From a phage: a DNA stretch of 64,000 nt. The stretch lies in sequence record OZ413487.1. One strand, 5' to 3'. Both the position numbers and the translations under genes were made by a program. Below the pieces are notes generated by a model. It was not told the origin of the DNA and made no database searches. It saw only the letters and a program-made list of their open reading frames with translations. Every line of letters starts with the position of its first letter. Position 1 is the first letter of the stretch. This document shows positions 36,862-46,749 of the stretch, piece by piece.

Positions 36862-36978
36862 CTTATAAGTACTCTGCATCGCATTCAGGACAATGCCAAA
36901 TAAAATCGTCCAGTGCCTTGCACCAACGAAGATTGCAACGACAACCACACTTGCAAATTTTATAAATACCTTTAGACA
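36862..36978 (-). CDS. 38-aa cysteine-rich peptide
   Basis: Below track cutoff; AGGAGGT SD; 8 Cys in CKCGCRC...CPEC pattern (zinc-binding-like). Confidence 0.35.
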
Positions 36979-37042
36979 TACTGTACCTCCTAGCTCACTG
37001 TGTGTCAATAATATGCCACATCCTTGTGGCTTTTGTCAAGTA

Positions 37043-39166
37043 TCAGCAAATACAACTTCCATAGTGCTTAACTCGCTCGATAACTTCCGCTTGCTTACCT
37101 TTATTGTAAGGACGGGAGTTAGGACTGGAAAGGTATCCAGACACACGTCGAATTACACTGATCGTTCCCTCTTCATGGTTTCCACACTCTGGGCATACAA
37201 AGCCTTTAGCTGTTGCACTGAACTCACCAGAGAAACCACACTTGAGACATTTATCCACAGGTTGGTTAATACCAAAATACATAATATGTTTATATCCGAA
37301 ATCAACAAGAGTTTCCAAAGCATCTAAGTTGTTTTTCAGATTTGGTGTCTCTACGTATCCGATGTTGCCACCAGAGGAGATCATAGCAAAACCTTCCTCA
37401 TACTCCCACTTATCAAAAGGAGAGCTACTGATCCATACTGGCTGATGGAAACTGTTGGTGAGATATTCATGCTCGTGCTTCAACACTTCCGGATATTCAC
37501 GATCCAGACAGGTTGCAGCTTTATAGCATAGACTTTCAGAAGGGGTGCCGTACAAGCTAAATGCTAGTCTACTTTCCTTCTTGTATCTCTCACAAGCATC
37601 TCTCATGTGCTGAAGGATTCCAAGAGCTAAAGCCTTGTCACCCTCTCTGCCCAAAATCTTACAGGTTTCATACACACCAATATACCCAATACTGATGGAA
37701 GCGTACCCGTCATAGAAGAGTTTATCAATACTCTCTTCAGGATCCAGGCGAGCAAGAGCGCCTTCACACCACATGATAGGGTTCTGCCCTGCCTTGGTGC
37801 CTTTCAGACGGTTAACCCTTACAAGGTGAGCTTCATATGCCAAATCCAGATACTCGTCAAGAACGGCAAAGAAATCAACACCTTCCGTCTTAGCTTTTGC
37901 CGCAATCATTGGTAGGTTAAGGCTAACAACACCCAAGTTGAATCTGCCGAGGTATTTCTCCTCACCTGTTTCCAAGTCATTGTATTTGCTAAGAAAACTC
38001 CGGCAACCCATACTCGTTACTTTGCCATCTGTCGAGCCTGTCACTTTACGATTTAGTGGAACAGAAACAAAGTCAGGATAAATCCGCTCTGCAGAGCATT
38101 CCAGAGCTAATCGTTTCAAATCATAGTTGGGATCTCCAGGGTTCATGTTGACACCCTCTTCTAGGAAGAACAGCACTTTAGGGAACACAGGTGTGATACG
38201 TTCTTCACCAAGACCCATTTTGTGGACTTTCAAGTAGTTTTTGGTAATCATTCTACCAAAGACTGAGGTGTCCAAACCTAAACTCAATGTGATGAATGGA
38301 GTTTGCCCGTTGACAGAAGTTAACGTATTGATTTGATAGAGCAAAGTCTGCATGCTGTCAAATACGTCTTTATCTGTCATTTGCATTGCAACAGTCTCAG
38401 CATCTGGCAACCAATGTTCCTGGCAAAATTTAAGGTTCTTCTCATAAGTCGCCTCAACATACTGTGCCAAATAATGGTCAATATGGCTCATAGTCTGACC
38501 CCCATATTGAGCACTAGCTACTGCACTAGAGATTTGGCTAAGGATTGTTGTTGCAACCCCTATTGACTTCGGCTTACTGACATGGGCGTTACCAATGTTG
38601 AATCCGTTTTCCAACATATCTGGATAATTTACCAAACAACAGTTTGTTAACGGACTGATCAAGTAGTCAAGATCATGCACATGGATGAAGCCTTTATTGT
38701 GCTCTTCTGAGACACGGTCTGGCAGGATCTGTGTTGATGCAAGGTGTTTGCTAAGGATGCCTGCAAGCAGGTCACGATGAGTGTGTACATGATTGGTAGG
38801 CTTATTTGCGTTTTCTTTTGTAAATTCATCACAAGTTCGATCCAAGAAGCCACTAATATCTGCAAGCAGTTTTCCACCTGCCTCTCTGTTATTATCTCTT
38901 GTCTGTCTATACTGGATGTATTCTCTGGCTGCACATTTTAAACCCATATCCATAAGAGCATCTTCAACAAGGATATGGATATTTTTTACAGAGATCGTGC
39001 ACTGGTCGGTTGGTAGATTGTTAGCAACAACTTCATTAACCGCACAAGCGATCCGGTAAGCTTCTTCTTCAGTATGTCCAGACTCAAGTAAGGCGGACTC
39101 TGCCGCCTTGATCACCTTAATTCCGTTATAGACCTCTTCTCTACCGTCCCGTTTTACAACTTTCAC
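37043..39166 (-). CDS. nrdD: anaerobic ribonucleoside-triphosphate reductase (class III)
   Basis: 707 aa; C-terminal glycyl-radical motif RRVSGYL; GTG start overlapping nrdH stop. Confidence 0.85.
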   Translation of the reverse strand: MKVVKRDGREEVYNGIKVIKAAESALLESGHTEEEAYRIACAVNEVVANNLPTDQCTISVKNIHILVEDALMDMGLKCAAREYIQYRQTRDNNREAGGKLLADISGFLDRTCDEFTKENANKPTNHVHTHRDLLAGILSKHLASTQILPDRVSEEHNKGFIHVHDLDYLISPLTNCCLVNYPDMLENGFNIGNAHVSKPKSIGVATTILSQISSAVASAQYGGQTMSHIDHYLAQYVEATYEKNLKFCQEHWLPDAETVAMQMTDKDVFDSMQTLLYQINTLTSVNGQTPFITLSLGLDTSVFGRMITKNYLKVHKMGLGEERITPVFPKVLFFLEEGVNMNPGDPNYDLKRLALECSAERIYPDFVSVPLNRKVTGSTDGKVTSMGCRSFLSKYNDLETGEEKYLGRFNLGVVSLNLPMIAAKAKTEGVDFFAVLDEYLDLAYEAHLVRVNRLKGTKAGQNPIMWCEGALARLDPEESIDKLFYDGYASISIGYIGVYETCKILGREGDKALALGILQHMRDACERYKKESRLAFSLYGTPSESLCYKAATCLDREYPEVLKHEHEYLTNSFHQPVWISSSPFDKWEYEEGFAMISSGGNIGYVETPNLKNNLDALETLVDFGYKHIMYFGINQPVDKCLKCGFSGEFSATAKGFVCPECGNHEEGTISVIRRVSGYLSSPNSRPYNKGKQAEVIERVKHYGSCIC

Positions 39167-39441
39167 TTTTTCTCTCCAAAACCATTCTTAACAAAAGAGA
39201 TGAAATCGTCGGCACCGCCTATATGGACACTTTCAAGATTGCTTTCTAAGAAGATCTGCGGCAACGTTCTGGGTACGATTGGACTGCACTTCTCAATAAG
39301 CTCTTCTTTTGTGTAACCCTCGCCAAGTGTCTTATATACAAAAGGCAGACCTTTACTGACTGCAAATTCTTTTGCTCTTACACAATGTGGGCAGTTATCT
39401 TTACCGTAAATAATAAAGAAAAAAGATTTTTCACAGCTCAT
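39163..39441 (-). CDS. nrdH: glutaredoxin-like protein (NrdH-type)
   Basis: 92 aa; CPHC redox motif; sits between nrdB and nrdD. Confidence 0.6.
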   Translation of the reverse strand: MSCEKSFFFIIYGKDNCPHCVRAKEFAVSKGLPFVYKTLGEGYTKEELIEKCSPIVPRTLPQIFLESNLESVHIGGADDFISFVKNGFGEKK

Positions 39442-39444
39442 GTA

Positions 39445-40533
39445 TTAAAACTCCCAAATTTCTTCTTCAGCGTCATTAACAGTTGTGTTGACGCGGTAGT
39501 CAGTGTTCGACATTTCTTGGTTCGCCGTCTGTTGCAATGAAGGTTTCATCCACACCTGCATAAACGGTAGAGGGTCCTTTGTTGGCGGCACAAAGTCTTT
39601 GTCGATGCCGTAGTAATCATAAATCGGTGAGCAGTTATAGTCAACCCATTCTTTAAGCAACGGTGAGTTAAGACCTATAATCGCTCTTCCTTCGCTGAAA
39701 ATATAGTCACTCCAACCGTACTCTTTGGTTCGTACTTCATCAAGAATCTCTTTTAACTCCCCTTTTATCTCAAGGAAGCTTTTCTCCCATGCCGGATCAT
39801 TAAGCAGGATATCAATGATGGCAAAATCACCTTTCGAGTGTAGCATTTCGTCAAGCATGATTTTTTGAACAAGCTGCGCCACCTGAACAAAAATACCCTG
39901 TTCAGCTACTGCGAAAGTGCATGCAAAACTTGCAATAAACTCAATACTTTCCAGGGCTAAAAGTGCAAAAAGCGCTCTAAGAATGCATTTCCGCACAATA
40001 TCTTCTTCAACACTAGAAGGATCCAGTCGGTATTTTGCACCAATAACCTCAAGCTCTTGCATGTATTTGACAATAACGCCAGATCTGCTCAGAACGTTTT
40101 GGTTTTCCTGAATCTCTTCTATAATCTCACGGGCATTGGGGAGGCATTGTCTAACAATCTCTGAGTAAGTTAGTGCGTGAAGAACTTCAATCTCTGACTG
40201 TTTCATCAATAGAGTGAAAAGCTCACTATTAGTGATGAATGGTGAAAAGAGGCAGATGATCGATCTTGCCGCAACGCTATCAGCCTCCCATTGCCACATC
40301 AAGGTCTGCACCATCACGTCATAAGTTGACTTGGAGCATGTTACAAAATCTGAAATAGATTGCGACAAATCCACTTCATCCTCTGCCCAATCTTGCTCTT
40401 TTTGTTTTTTGTATAGTTCAAACAGTTGTGGATATTTTTTGTTGATAGAGTCATACATACCCATTTGCTGTCCTAGAAACAGCGGATAGTCACCAGTTTT
40501 ATGAGCGGTGTTCTCAGCATTAAATACAGCCAT
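39445..40533 (-). CDS. nrdB: ribonucleotide reductase small subunit (class Ia)
   Basis: 362 aa; SFACTFAVAE...DEMLHS segment matches NrdB SFACSFAFAE...DEALH iron-ligand region. Confidence 0.85.
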   Translation of the reverse strand: MAVFNAENTAHKTGDYPLFLGQQMGMYDSINKKYPQLFELYKKQKEQDWAEDEVDLSQSISDFVTCSKSTYDVMVQTLMWQWEADSVAARSIICLFSPFITNSELFTLLMKQSEIEVLHALTYSEIVRQCLPNAREIIEEIQENQNVLSRSGVIVKYMQELEVIGAKYRLDPSSVEEDIVRKCILRALFALLALESIEFIASFACTFAVAEQGIFVQVAQLVQKIMLDEMLHSKGDFAIIDILLNDPAWEKSFLEIKGELKEILDEVRTKEYGWSDYIFSEGRAIIGLNSPLLKEWVDYNCSPIYDYYGIDKDFVPPTKDPLPFMQVWMKPSLQQTANQEMSNTDYRVNTTVNDAEEEIWEF

Positions 40534-40547
40534 TATTCTAACCTCTA

Positions 40548-40570
40548 AAATGGGGCCGAAGCCCCTTTAA
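40548..40570 (-). terminator. hairpin between nrdA and nrdB (terminator/attenuator)
   Basis: ggggcttcggcccc hairpin followed by ATTTTAG on minus strand. Confidence 0.45.
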
Positions 40571-40572
40571 AA

Positions 40573-42888
40573 TTATAGTGCACAACTTTCGCAATACGGA
40601 TCTTCAACCGAACTATCTGCAATCAAAGGGTAGTTCTTTCTGGTTTCATCTTCAGCCTGTTTCTTGGCATGAAGTTCCTCTGCCAATGAGTCACCAGCAC
40701 CAACCCTGGAGTTTAAATAATACCATGTCTTCATCCCGAATTTAGTGGCACGGATAAGGTACCCTAGCTGCTCCTTCATTGAAATTTTACCATCTTTCAA
40801 CTTGGTGTAGTCTATGTATAAATCCGCGCTGATTGCCTGACCTGTAAATTTTTGAATCACAGCATACATATCGATCATGTCGTTAGTATCAACGTCCCAA
40901 GCCGAGGTGTAATACTCTTTCAACTCATCATAGTCAGGAACGATAAACAGCACCTGCCCTTGTGGCGACTTTTTAAAGATAATGTGCTCACGGACAGGAT
41001 AAACCCCGTTAGTGGTGTTTGTTGCCAGCGAAGAGCTTTCATTAGGCATATATGCTTCAAGAACGCTATTACGTAGCCCACCATTTTCAATGATTTCTTT
41101 ACGTAACCCTTCCCAATCCTGTTTAAGAGAAGGATCTTTCACCACGCTATCGACCTCTTTGTTATAGGTGTCGATTGGTAACCAACCTTCTGGATATTTT
41201 GTTTTATGCATCCACTCGCAGACACCACGCTCTTTTGCCAACCGTAAACTTGCCTTATGCAAGCTGTAGCTGTGAAGTTCTGCAAGATCGTGAACAAGCT
41301 GTTTACTTTCAGGAGATCCGTAAGTAACCTTGTGGCTGGCAATAAAATGTGCAACATTGGTAAGGCCAACCCCGATGGATCTGCGTTTTTTAACTGTGCT
41401 TTCCATATTTTCATACGGATATGTCATGATTTCCATAACATTGTCAATCATAAGCACCGTGTAGTATGCAACATCCTCATACTCCTCTGGAGTAACCCTT
41501 CCAGCTACAAGAGATGACAGGAAGCACAATGCAACCTCTCCATCATCAGCATCGTACTTGAAGATATTACGCATATCTGAATAGCCTTTTGTAGGGAGGG
41601 CTATTTCTGCACACAGGTTACTTGAATAGATCACATCTTTAAAAGGTGTATGTCTATTCATCTCATCTGTCCAGTATACATACAGCCTTCCCACCTCAGT
41701 ACGCTGCGTGATCAGTTCAACAGCAAGATCTCTGGCTCGGATCCATGTTTTAGGAATACTGTCATCTTTAGCAATACGATCAACCTCTGCATCAAACTCC
41801 TCCATAGACATGGTGAAGATACCCTCATGCAGTTGAGGAGCGTGCTTATAAGAAACAAGCATCCAATCTAAATTCTTAGCCACACGGTTGATAAACGACC
41901 TATTAATACCGATGGAGTAGTCCATGGTGTTGATTCTTTTTGAAGCAACAGTCATAGGGTTTCTCAAGCGGATTAGCTCATCAATCTGCGGGTCTAGTGC
42001 AAGGAATGATACTGTTGCAGAACCGCCACGTGATTGTTGTCTGTTCTCCTTAACACCAGCATCAATACCTCGATAATATGGAATCTTACCCATGTGTTTA
42101 ATAGTGTTACCGCGAACACCATCACCTGCAGATCTTGATGATAAATAGTAGCCGATACCTGCTTGGTTAACCGTCATTGTGTACGCAACTTCACGTGCCA
42201 CACCAATAGATTTTGCTGTATCGTCAGCTTTTATTACACAACAAGATGCATACCCTGTCTTACCTGTGCGCAGCCCGTTTAAGTACGGTGTCGGGGCATT
42301 GATCTTTAAGTCGGACAGATAAGTGTATAATTTTACAACATCGTTGATACGACGTTCTTTTGGCATATTCTTCATGACAGCCATTGCTATCCCCATAAAC
42401 ATCATCTGGGGAGATTCAAACAAGGTGTCTTTAAGAGTATCCTTGATCCCGTATTTGTCGCGAAACTGTTTAAGGACTGCATAGCCATAACCGAGATCTT
42501 TACTGTGGTCAATAACAGCGTCTAAAGTGTTTAGCTCGGTAAAGCTATATCCCATATCCTCCCAATACCCTTTCTCAACCATGTCGTTGTAAAATGATGG
42601 TAAGGAAGGGATCTTTGTAAACCCTCCAAAAGCCTCTTTATAAATCTGACCAATAAGAACACGACCAGCCATACGGGAATGTGCTTCGTCTTTACGGCTA
42701 ACACAGGAGTCTATGATAGCTTGGTTAACTTCTTTGGTTGTACATCCATCATACAGTCGTTTGTATGCATCCAGTGCAATATGTGACCAATTGCCGTTAC
42801 CGTCGTCACCGAAAATAGCTGCCTTATTTAAACGTTCTGGATCGAATGCCACTTCACATCCGTTGCTTTTAATTACCTTGGTGATCAA
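40573..42888 (-). CDS. nrdA: ribonucleotide reductase large subunit (class Ia)
   Basis: 771 aa; N-terminal ATP-cone-like region, NLCAEI active-site motif; TTG start after GGAGGAAG SD. Confidence 0.85.
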   Translation of the reverse strand: MITKVIKSNGCEVAFDPERLNKAAIFGDDGNGNWSHIALDAYKRLYDGCTTKEVNQAIIDSCVSRKDEAHSRMAGRVLIGQIYKEAFGGFTKIPSLPSFYNDMVEKGYWEDMGYSFTELNTLDAVIDHSKDLGYGYAVLKQFRDKYGIKDTLKDTLFESPQMMFMGIAMAVMKNMPKERRINDVVKLYTYLSDLKINAPTPYLNGLRTGKTGYASCCVIKADDTAKSIGVAREVAYTMTVNQAGIGYYLSSRSAGDGVRGNTIKHMGKIPYYRGIDAGVKENRQQSRGGSATVSFLALDPQIDELIRLRNPMTVASKRINTMDYSIGINRSFINRVAKNLDWMLVSYKHAPQLHEGIFTMSMEEFDAEVDRIAKDDSIPKTWIRARDLAVELITQRTEVGRLYVYWTDEMNRHTPFKDVIYSSNLCAEIALPTKGYSDMRNIFKYDADDGEVALCFLSSLVAGRVTPEEYEDVAYYTVLMIDNVMEIMTYPYENMESTVKKRRSIGVGLTNVAHFIASHKVTYGSPESKQLVHDLAELHSYSLHKASLRLAKERGVCEWMHKTKYPEGWLPIDTYNKEVDSVVKDPSLKQDWEGLRKEIIENGGLRNSVLEAYMPNESSSLATNTTNGVYPVREHIIFKKSPQGQVLFIVPDYDELKEYYTSAWDVDTNDMIDMYAVIQKFTGQAISADLYIDYTKLKDGKISMKEQLGYLIRATKFGMKTWYYLNSRVGAGDSLAEELHAKKQAEDETRKNYPLIADSSVEDPYCESCAL

Positions 42889-43115
42889 TTTGCTTCCTCC
42901 ACTTCATCAACGTATTTATCAAGGCAGGTATCAGTATCTTGCTGGATAAAGGTATCCTCTTCTACAGAGATATTTATAATTTTGCCTGTATACTCGTCAT
43001 AATAAACATCATCATACATTTTAATATCGTTTGTCAGGCCGTTGAACCAAAGCCAACCAACATACTCTGACCGACTTGCAAAACCAAGATCCTTCCACTT
43101 GGAGTTATGACTCAT
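42885..43115 (-). CDS. hypothetical protein
   Basis: ATG 43115 after AAGGTGG SD (track 43193). Confidence 0.4.
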   Translation of the reverse strand: MSHNSKWKDLGFASRSEYVGWLWFNGLTNDIKMYDDVYYDEYTGKIINISVEEDTFIQQDTDTCLDKYVDEVEEAN

Positions 43116-43125
43116 CTTCACCACC

Positions 43126-43626
43126 TTAGCTTTCAATACCGAATAATTTTTCCAGGCGATGCAGATCTTCAAAATTGAAAGGTTCATCAACAATATGAAT
43201 ATCTTCAGCCTTTTCAGATTGTTTTGTATACTTTCTTACATTAACACGATCCTCTACAGGAATATCATACGGAAGATCTTGAACAAGCATTGCCTCACCA
43301 GGTGCTTTATCCACATCTAAAATATCTACACCGTTATACATTTGCGGGTATCTAAAGTCTGCACGCATGACACCAGCAAATACATCTGCCTTTCGATAAT
43401 GTGTTGGCTTATTTTTGCATCGAACGTTTTTTCCACGAAGAACATCAATACTTTTTAAATCAAACCCTACGGCAAAGAGTGCAGCTCGGAGACCGTTTCG
43501 TGTGCGAACGTTAAACCCGGGAACGGTAGATAGGAAATCCAAAGTAACTGAAATAAATGTCTTTTTAGGAATCATAACATTACTCATATCTGTCTCCATT
43601 TCTGGCTCACCAACAAAGTGAGCCAT
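43126..43626 (-). CDS. hypothetical protein
   Basis: 166 aa; no SD before first ATG, GGTGAG SD before an in-frame ATG 27 nt downstream. Confidence 0.45.
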   Translation of the reverse strand: MAHFVGEPEMETDMSNVMIPKKTFISVTLDFLSTVPGFNVRTRNGLRAALFAVGFDLKSIDVLRGKNVRCKNKPTHYRKADVFAGVMRADFRYPQMYNGVDILDVDKAPGEAMLVQDLPYDIPVEDRVNVRKYTKQSEKAEDIHIVDEPFNFEDLHRLEKLFGIES

Positions 43627-43685
43627 TATTATAGATTATCTAATACTATTAGTCAACACAAAAGTTACCTATCGCTGTGATAGGA

Positions 43686-44669
43686 TTAACCTTTCACGAA
43701 GTGGTTATTAAGCAGTTGTCTGTGCTGAACCCACCCACAAAAGTTGGCAGACCAGAATTTACCATCACGGTCTTGATGGGTTACACCTTCCTGCCAAGTA
43801 CTGATGTCTTGTGTGATTTCACATGAAGACAGGTAGTAGTTTAAACGTTCCATTGCGTTATCGTGATCCATAGGTGTTGCCTGGTGCTCGTAAGGGCTTG
43901 CATGAATACGATCCCCACCAATCAATTTTTTAGCAACACTATCTGCCTTTTCAAACGTGCTGTCAATATTTCGATAAGATACTTGTGCACAGCAACTAGC
44001 ACTGATAGACAGAGCTTCTTTAGTATCGAGAATGCAAAGCTTTCCTTCTGTGTCACGTACAGCGTAGTTAAACTCTCCGTCCAAATAAACGTGCTCTACA
44101 TATGGGGTGTGCCATTGACCCGGTTTAAGGATTTCAGGAGTGCTATTCTCAAGAGCCTCCCACATACAATTAGCTAACATCTGAATCGTAGGATCCGCAT
44201 CGTGCCAGCAACGGAGGTGGAAAAAATTATTCCACTCGGTGCTTGTTACAACTGTTTTCATGCGCTGGAACGGCTCCACTAAGCGGTTACATACTTGCTT
44301 ATGGTAACCAGCAAGGGCGAACTTCTCTGCATGCCAAGCGGCGTTTTTTGCAGCTTCTTTCCAAAACTCTTCAGGAGTTAGCTCCATGTCAGTGTACTCT
44401 ACACGGATCTTTTGATCGTGTTCCCCACCATCTTCCATTCCTCGCTTATTTACACCGAAGCGAACTGGCATTGCCGGATTCTCCACAATCTGTTGCAGCA
44501 TCTTTCCGACAGGCACTGCACGGGAAGACATGGCGTTTCGGCTGAACACTCGGTGCGTCATAAGCTCTGAGTGAATAATTCGAGGATACTCTAGCTCAAA
44601 AGTGGTGATGCGCTTACCTTTCTCGGAAATGCTGTCAGCAATGATCTTTGCAGTGCACAGTTTTAGCAT
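43686..44669 (-). CDS. thyX: flavin-dependent thymidylate synthase (ThyX-like)
   Basis: 327 aa; HRVFSRNAMSSR fits the ThyX RHRxxxxxxS signature; AAGGAGAG SD. Confidence 0.7.
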   Translation of the reverse strand: MLKLCTAKIIADSISEKGKRITTFELEYPRIIHSELMTHRVFSRNAMSSRAVPVGKMLQQIVENPAMPVRFGVNKRGMEDGGEHDQKIRVEYTDMELTPEEFWKEAAKNAAWHAEKFALAGYHKQVCNRLVEPFQRMKTVVTSTEWNNFFHLRCWHDADPTIQMLANCMWEALENSTPEILKPGQWHTPYVEHVYLDGEFNYAVRDTEGKLCILDTKEALSISASCCAQVSYRNIDSTFEKADSVAKKLIGGDRIHASPYEHQATPMDHDNAMERLNYYLSSCEITQDISTWQEGVTHQDRDGKFWSANFCGWVQHRQLLNNHFVKG

Positions 44670-44869
44670 TATTTAGCTCTCCTTGTTTTAATTTTGGAAA
44701 TTTCGTCTGGGTTTATGTTGGCCTTAAATGCAAGGTATCTGTTGAACATATCGGAGCACATGTCTTGGGTGATCCTAGAGGCATACACTAGCTTACCTCC
44801 TAGATCATACACCTCTAGCCAGTCACCGTATCTGACTACAGGATCGCCACCTTTAGAACATCTGCCCAT
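44669..44869 (-). CDS. hypothetical protein
   Basis: 66 aa; AGAAGGT SD. Confidence 0.45.
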   Translation of the reverse strand: MGRCSKGGDPVVRYGDWLEVYDLGGKLVYASRITQDMCSDMFNRYLAFKANINPDEISKIKTRRAK

Positions 44870-44870
44870 T

Positions 44871-45464
44871 TCAAATACCTTCTAAAAATTTTCCTATTTT
44901 ATACCAGCTATTAGCGGTATAGTCAACACTGACCTTTAACTCCTCGAATTGCTCATAAGGCGTATCTTTTAGGATTTTAATAACTTCAGGTCGTGAAGCG
45001 AATTGGTTCAGGTATTCATGCCTGTCATCAATTATAACATCTACAGCCACATTTCCTTTGAAATGTGTGGCGTAGAATCCGTGGCCCTGGGTGTGATCGT
45101 CCAGATCCATAAAATCACTGGTCCAACGCTTTAAGAACCTTGATTTAGATGCAAGGTGACCTTTCTTGCATACCGAGATAAATGCAAGCTTGTGACCACG
45201 AGCCACCAAATCTTTCATAACCTCAATAGCCCCCTCTTCAGGCTTAAGGAAGTCGTAGAGGGACGGATCACTCCAGAAATCAAAAGGTCCTATGATGTTT
45301 TCTTTGGGACGATCAGGCCAATACTTTGACAGATCGTAATACATTAGCCCATTAGAAGGTTTAGCTACTGTCTTACTGGCTGGACCATACAAACGCTCCA
45401 ACCACTCCCACCATGCTGTTCCTGAATCTACCAGTGTCAGATCTACATCAATTCCGATTAACAT
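44871..45464 (-). CDS. HAD-superfamily hydrolase (possible 5'-deoxyribonucleotidase)
   Basis: 197 aa; N-terminal DVDLT matches HAD motif I DxDxT. Confidence 0.5.
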   Translation of the reverse strand: MLIGIDVDLTLVDSGTAWWEWLERLYGPASKTVAKPSNGLMYYDLSKYWPDRPKENIIGPFDFWSDPSLYDFLKPEEGAIEVMKDLVARGHKLAFISVCKKGHLASKSRFLKRWTSDFMDLDDHTQGHGFYATHFKGNVAVDVIIDDRHEYLNQFASRPEVIKILKDTPYEQFEELKVSVDYTANSWYKIGKFLEGI

Positions 45465-46072
45465 TCTTCTTGGGCCTCTTTAGCATCAATATACTTGCAC
45501 ACAATCTCCGATGCACACTCCCAAGGTGCACCTTCAGGGTTTACAACATCAAACTCAACCCCTTTTATTCCGTTCTTTTCCAGACTTAGATAGGTTCTGG
45601 AATCATTTCCCCAGTCATATCCTACACGGTGAATACGGAACAACAACAGATCTCCACCTGTGCTGTATGCGTACTCGCTAAGGCATGCCAGCTCCTCTTT
45701 GAATCCCCCATCGGAGTAAACAATAACCCCTTTACCTTCAGGGAAATCTTTCTTCAAAGATGCGACTGCGGCTTTACCGAAAGCATCTTCACCAAAGATA
45801 GGTTTAATCAGATTTTCACTACAATGGATCATCCATTCTCGCGGAGAAACATGCTTGCCGTCTATCATTAAGAAAGGGCAAGGCTCTTCTTTGTAGTGAC
45901 GGTCATAAAGTGCATTCCAGAGTTGAGGAGTTACACCAGCTGCCTTAATTGCCACACTGAAGAGCATTTCCTTAACCTCGCGGTGGTGTGAGTTAGGAAT
46001 AGCTTCCAACAAGAGATCTGCAATGTGATCCTTACCACTGCTGGGTGGGGCGTTAAGAACAATAATATCCAT
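45458..46072 (-). CDS. P-loop kinase (dNMP-kinase-like)
   Basis: 204 aa; MDIIVLNAPPSSGKDHIADLL resembles T4 dNMP kinase N-terminus ...SGVKRSGKDTTADFI. Confidence 0.55.
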   Translation of the reverse strand: MDIIVLNAPPSSGKDHIADLLLEAIPNSHHREVKEMLFSVAIKAAGVTPQLWNALYDRHYKEEPCPFLMIDGKHVSPREWMIHCSENLIKPIFGEDAFGKAAVASLKKDFPEGKGVIVYSDGGFKEELACLSEYAYSTGGDLLLFRIHRVGYDWGNDSRTYLSLEKNGIKGVEFDVVNPEGAPWECASEIVCKYIDAKEAQEEC

Positions 46073-46275
46073 TAAAAACCTCCGTGGTATTCTTCAACTG
46101 CATCAATAATACTTTTACACTTATCTACCAGCTCGTTAGCCACTACAGAATCGTCTTCCCAAACAGCCTCCTCAATCTGATCAAGCAATGATCGCATCTT
46201 ACTCATCATTTCTGGGATAAAGTTTTCTGAAAAGTTGTCTGGAATTGTTAACTCTAGTGTCATTTCGGTCTCCAA
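46072..46275 (-). CDS. hypothetical acidic protein
   Basis: 67 aa; GGAGACC SD. Confidence 0.45.
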   Translation of the reverse strand: METEMTLELTIPDNFSENFIPEMMSKMRSLLDQIEEAVWEDDSVVANELVDKCKSIIDAVEEYHGGF

Positions 46276-46290
46276 TCATACTATGCGTTA

Positions 46291-46749
46291 TTAGAAGTTT
46301 GTTTTTACACGTCCCTTCTCATCAACCTCGTTGTTAGCTAAAAGCGTTACAAAGTCTGTGAAACGAACATGAAGAACCCTTTTCTTATCAAGGTATCCTA
46401 AAGCCACCCCTGAGAAATTTAGCATCAAAGGGGCTAAAGAAGCTCTGGCACTGAAATGCTGTTGTTCTACCCTTCCAACACCCTTAGTGTAGGATGGGTT
46501 AAGATTGTAAGTTCTGAATCCCAGTTTTGTTGGAGCTTTAGAATTAAAAACGACTTTATAGCGTTTCTTACTCAACTTATGCTCCAGGATAAGCATTCCC
46601 TTATCACCTTTGATAAGTTGAAAATCTGTAAAGTGCTCTTTTAAGACGAAAGGTAGTGCCAGTCCCATCGCCTGTCCTCTTTGTACCGCTGTCTCACCAA
46701 AAGCTTTTGCATCAGTAAGTTCTTTGGTCAAGTCTATGCTTTTGATCAT
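46291..46749 (-). CDS. hypothetical protein
   Basis: 152 aa; GGAGACC SD. Confidence 0.5.
   Translation of the reverse strand: MIKSIDLTKELTDAKAFGETAVQRGQAMGLALPFVLKEHFTDFQLIKGDKGMLILEHKLSKKRYKVVFNSKAPTKLGFRTYNLNPSYTKGVGRVEQQHFSARASLAPLMLNFSGVALGYLDKKRVLHVRFTDFVTLLANNEVDEKGRVKTNF

Noticed and set aside
43126-43626. Dihydrofolate reductase call for the 166-aa ORF next to ThyX
   Set aside because: Genomic context suggested DHFR, but no DHFR-like motifs are visible in the sequence; left as hypothetical.
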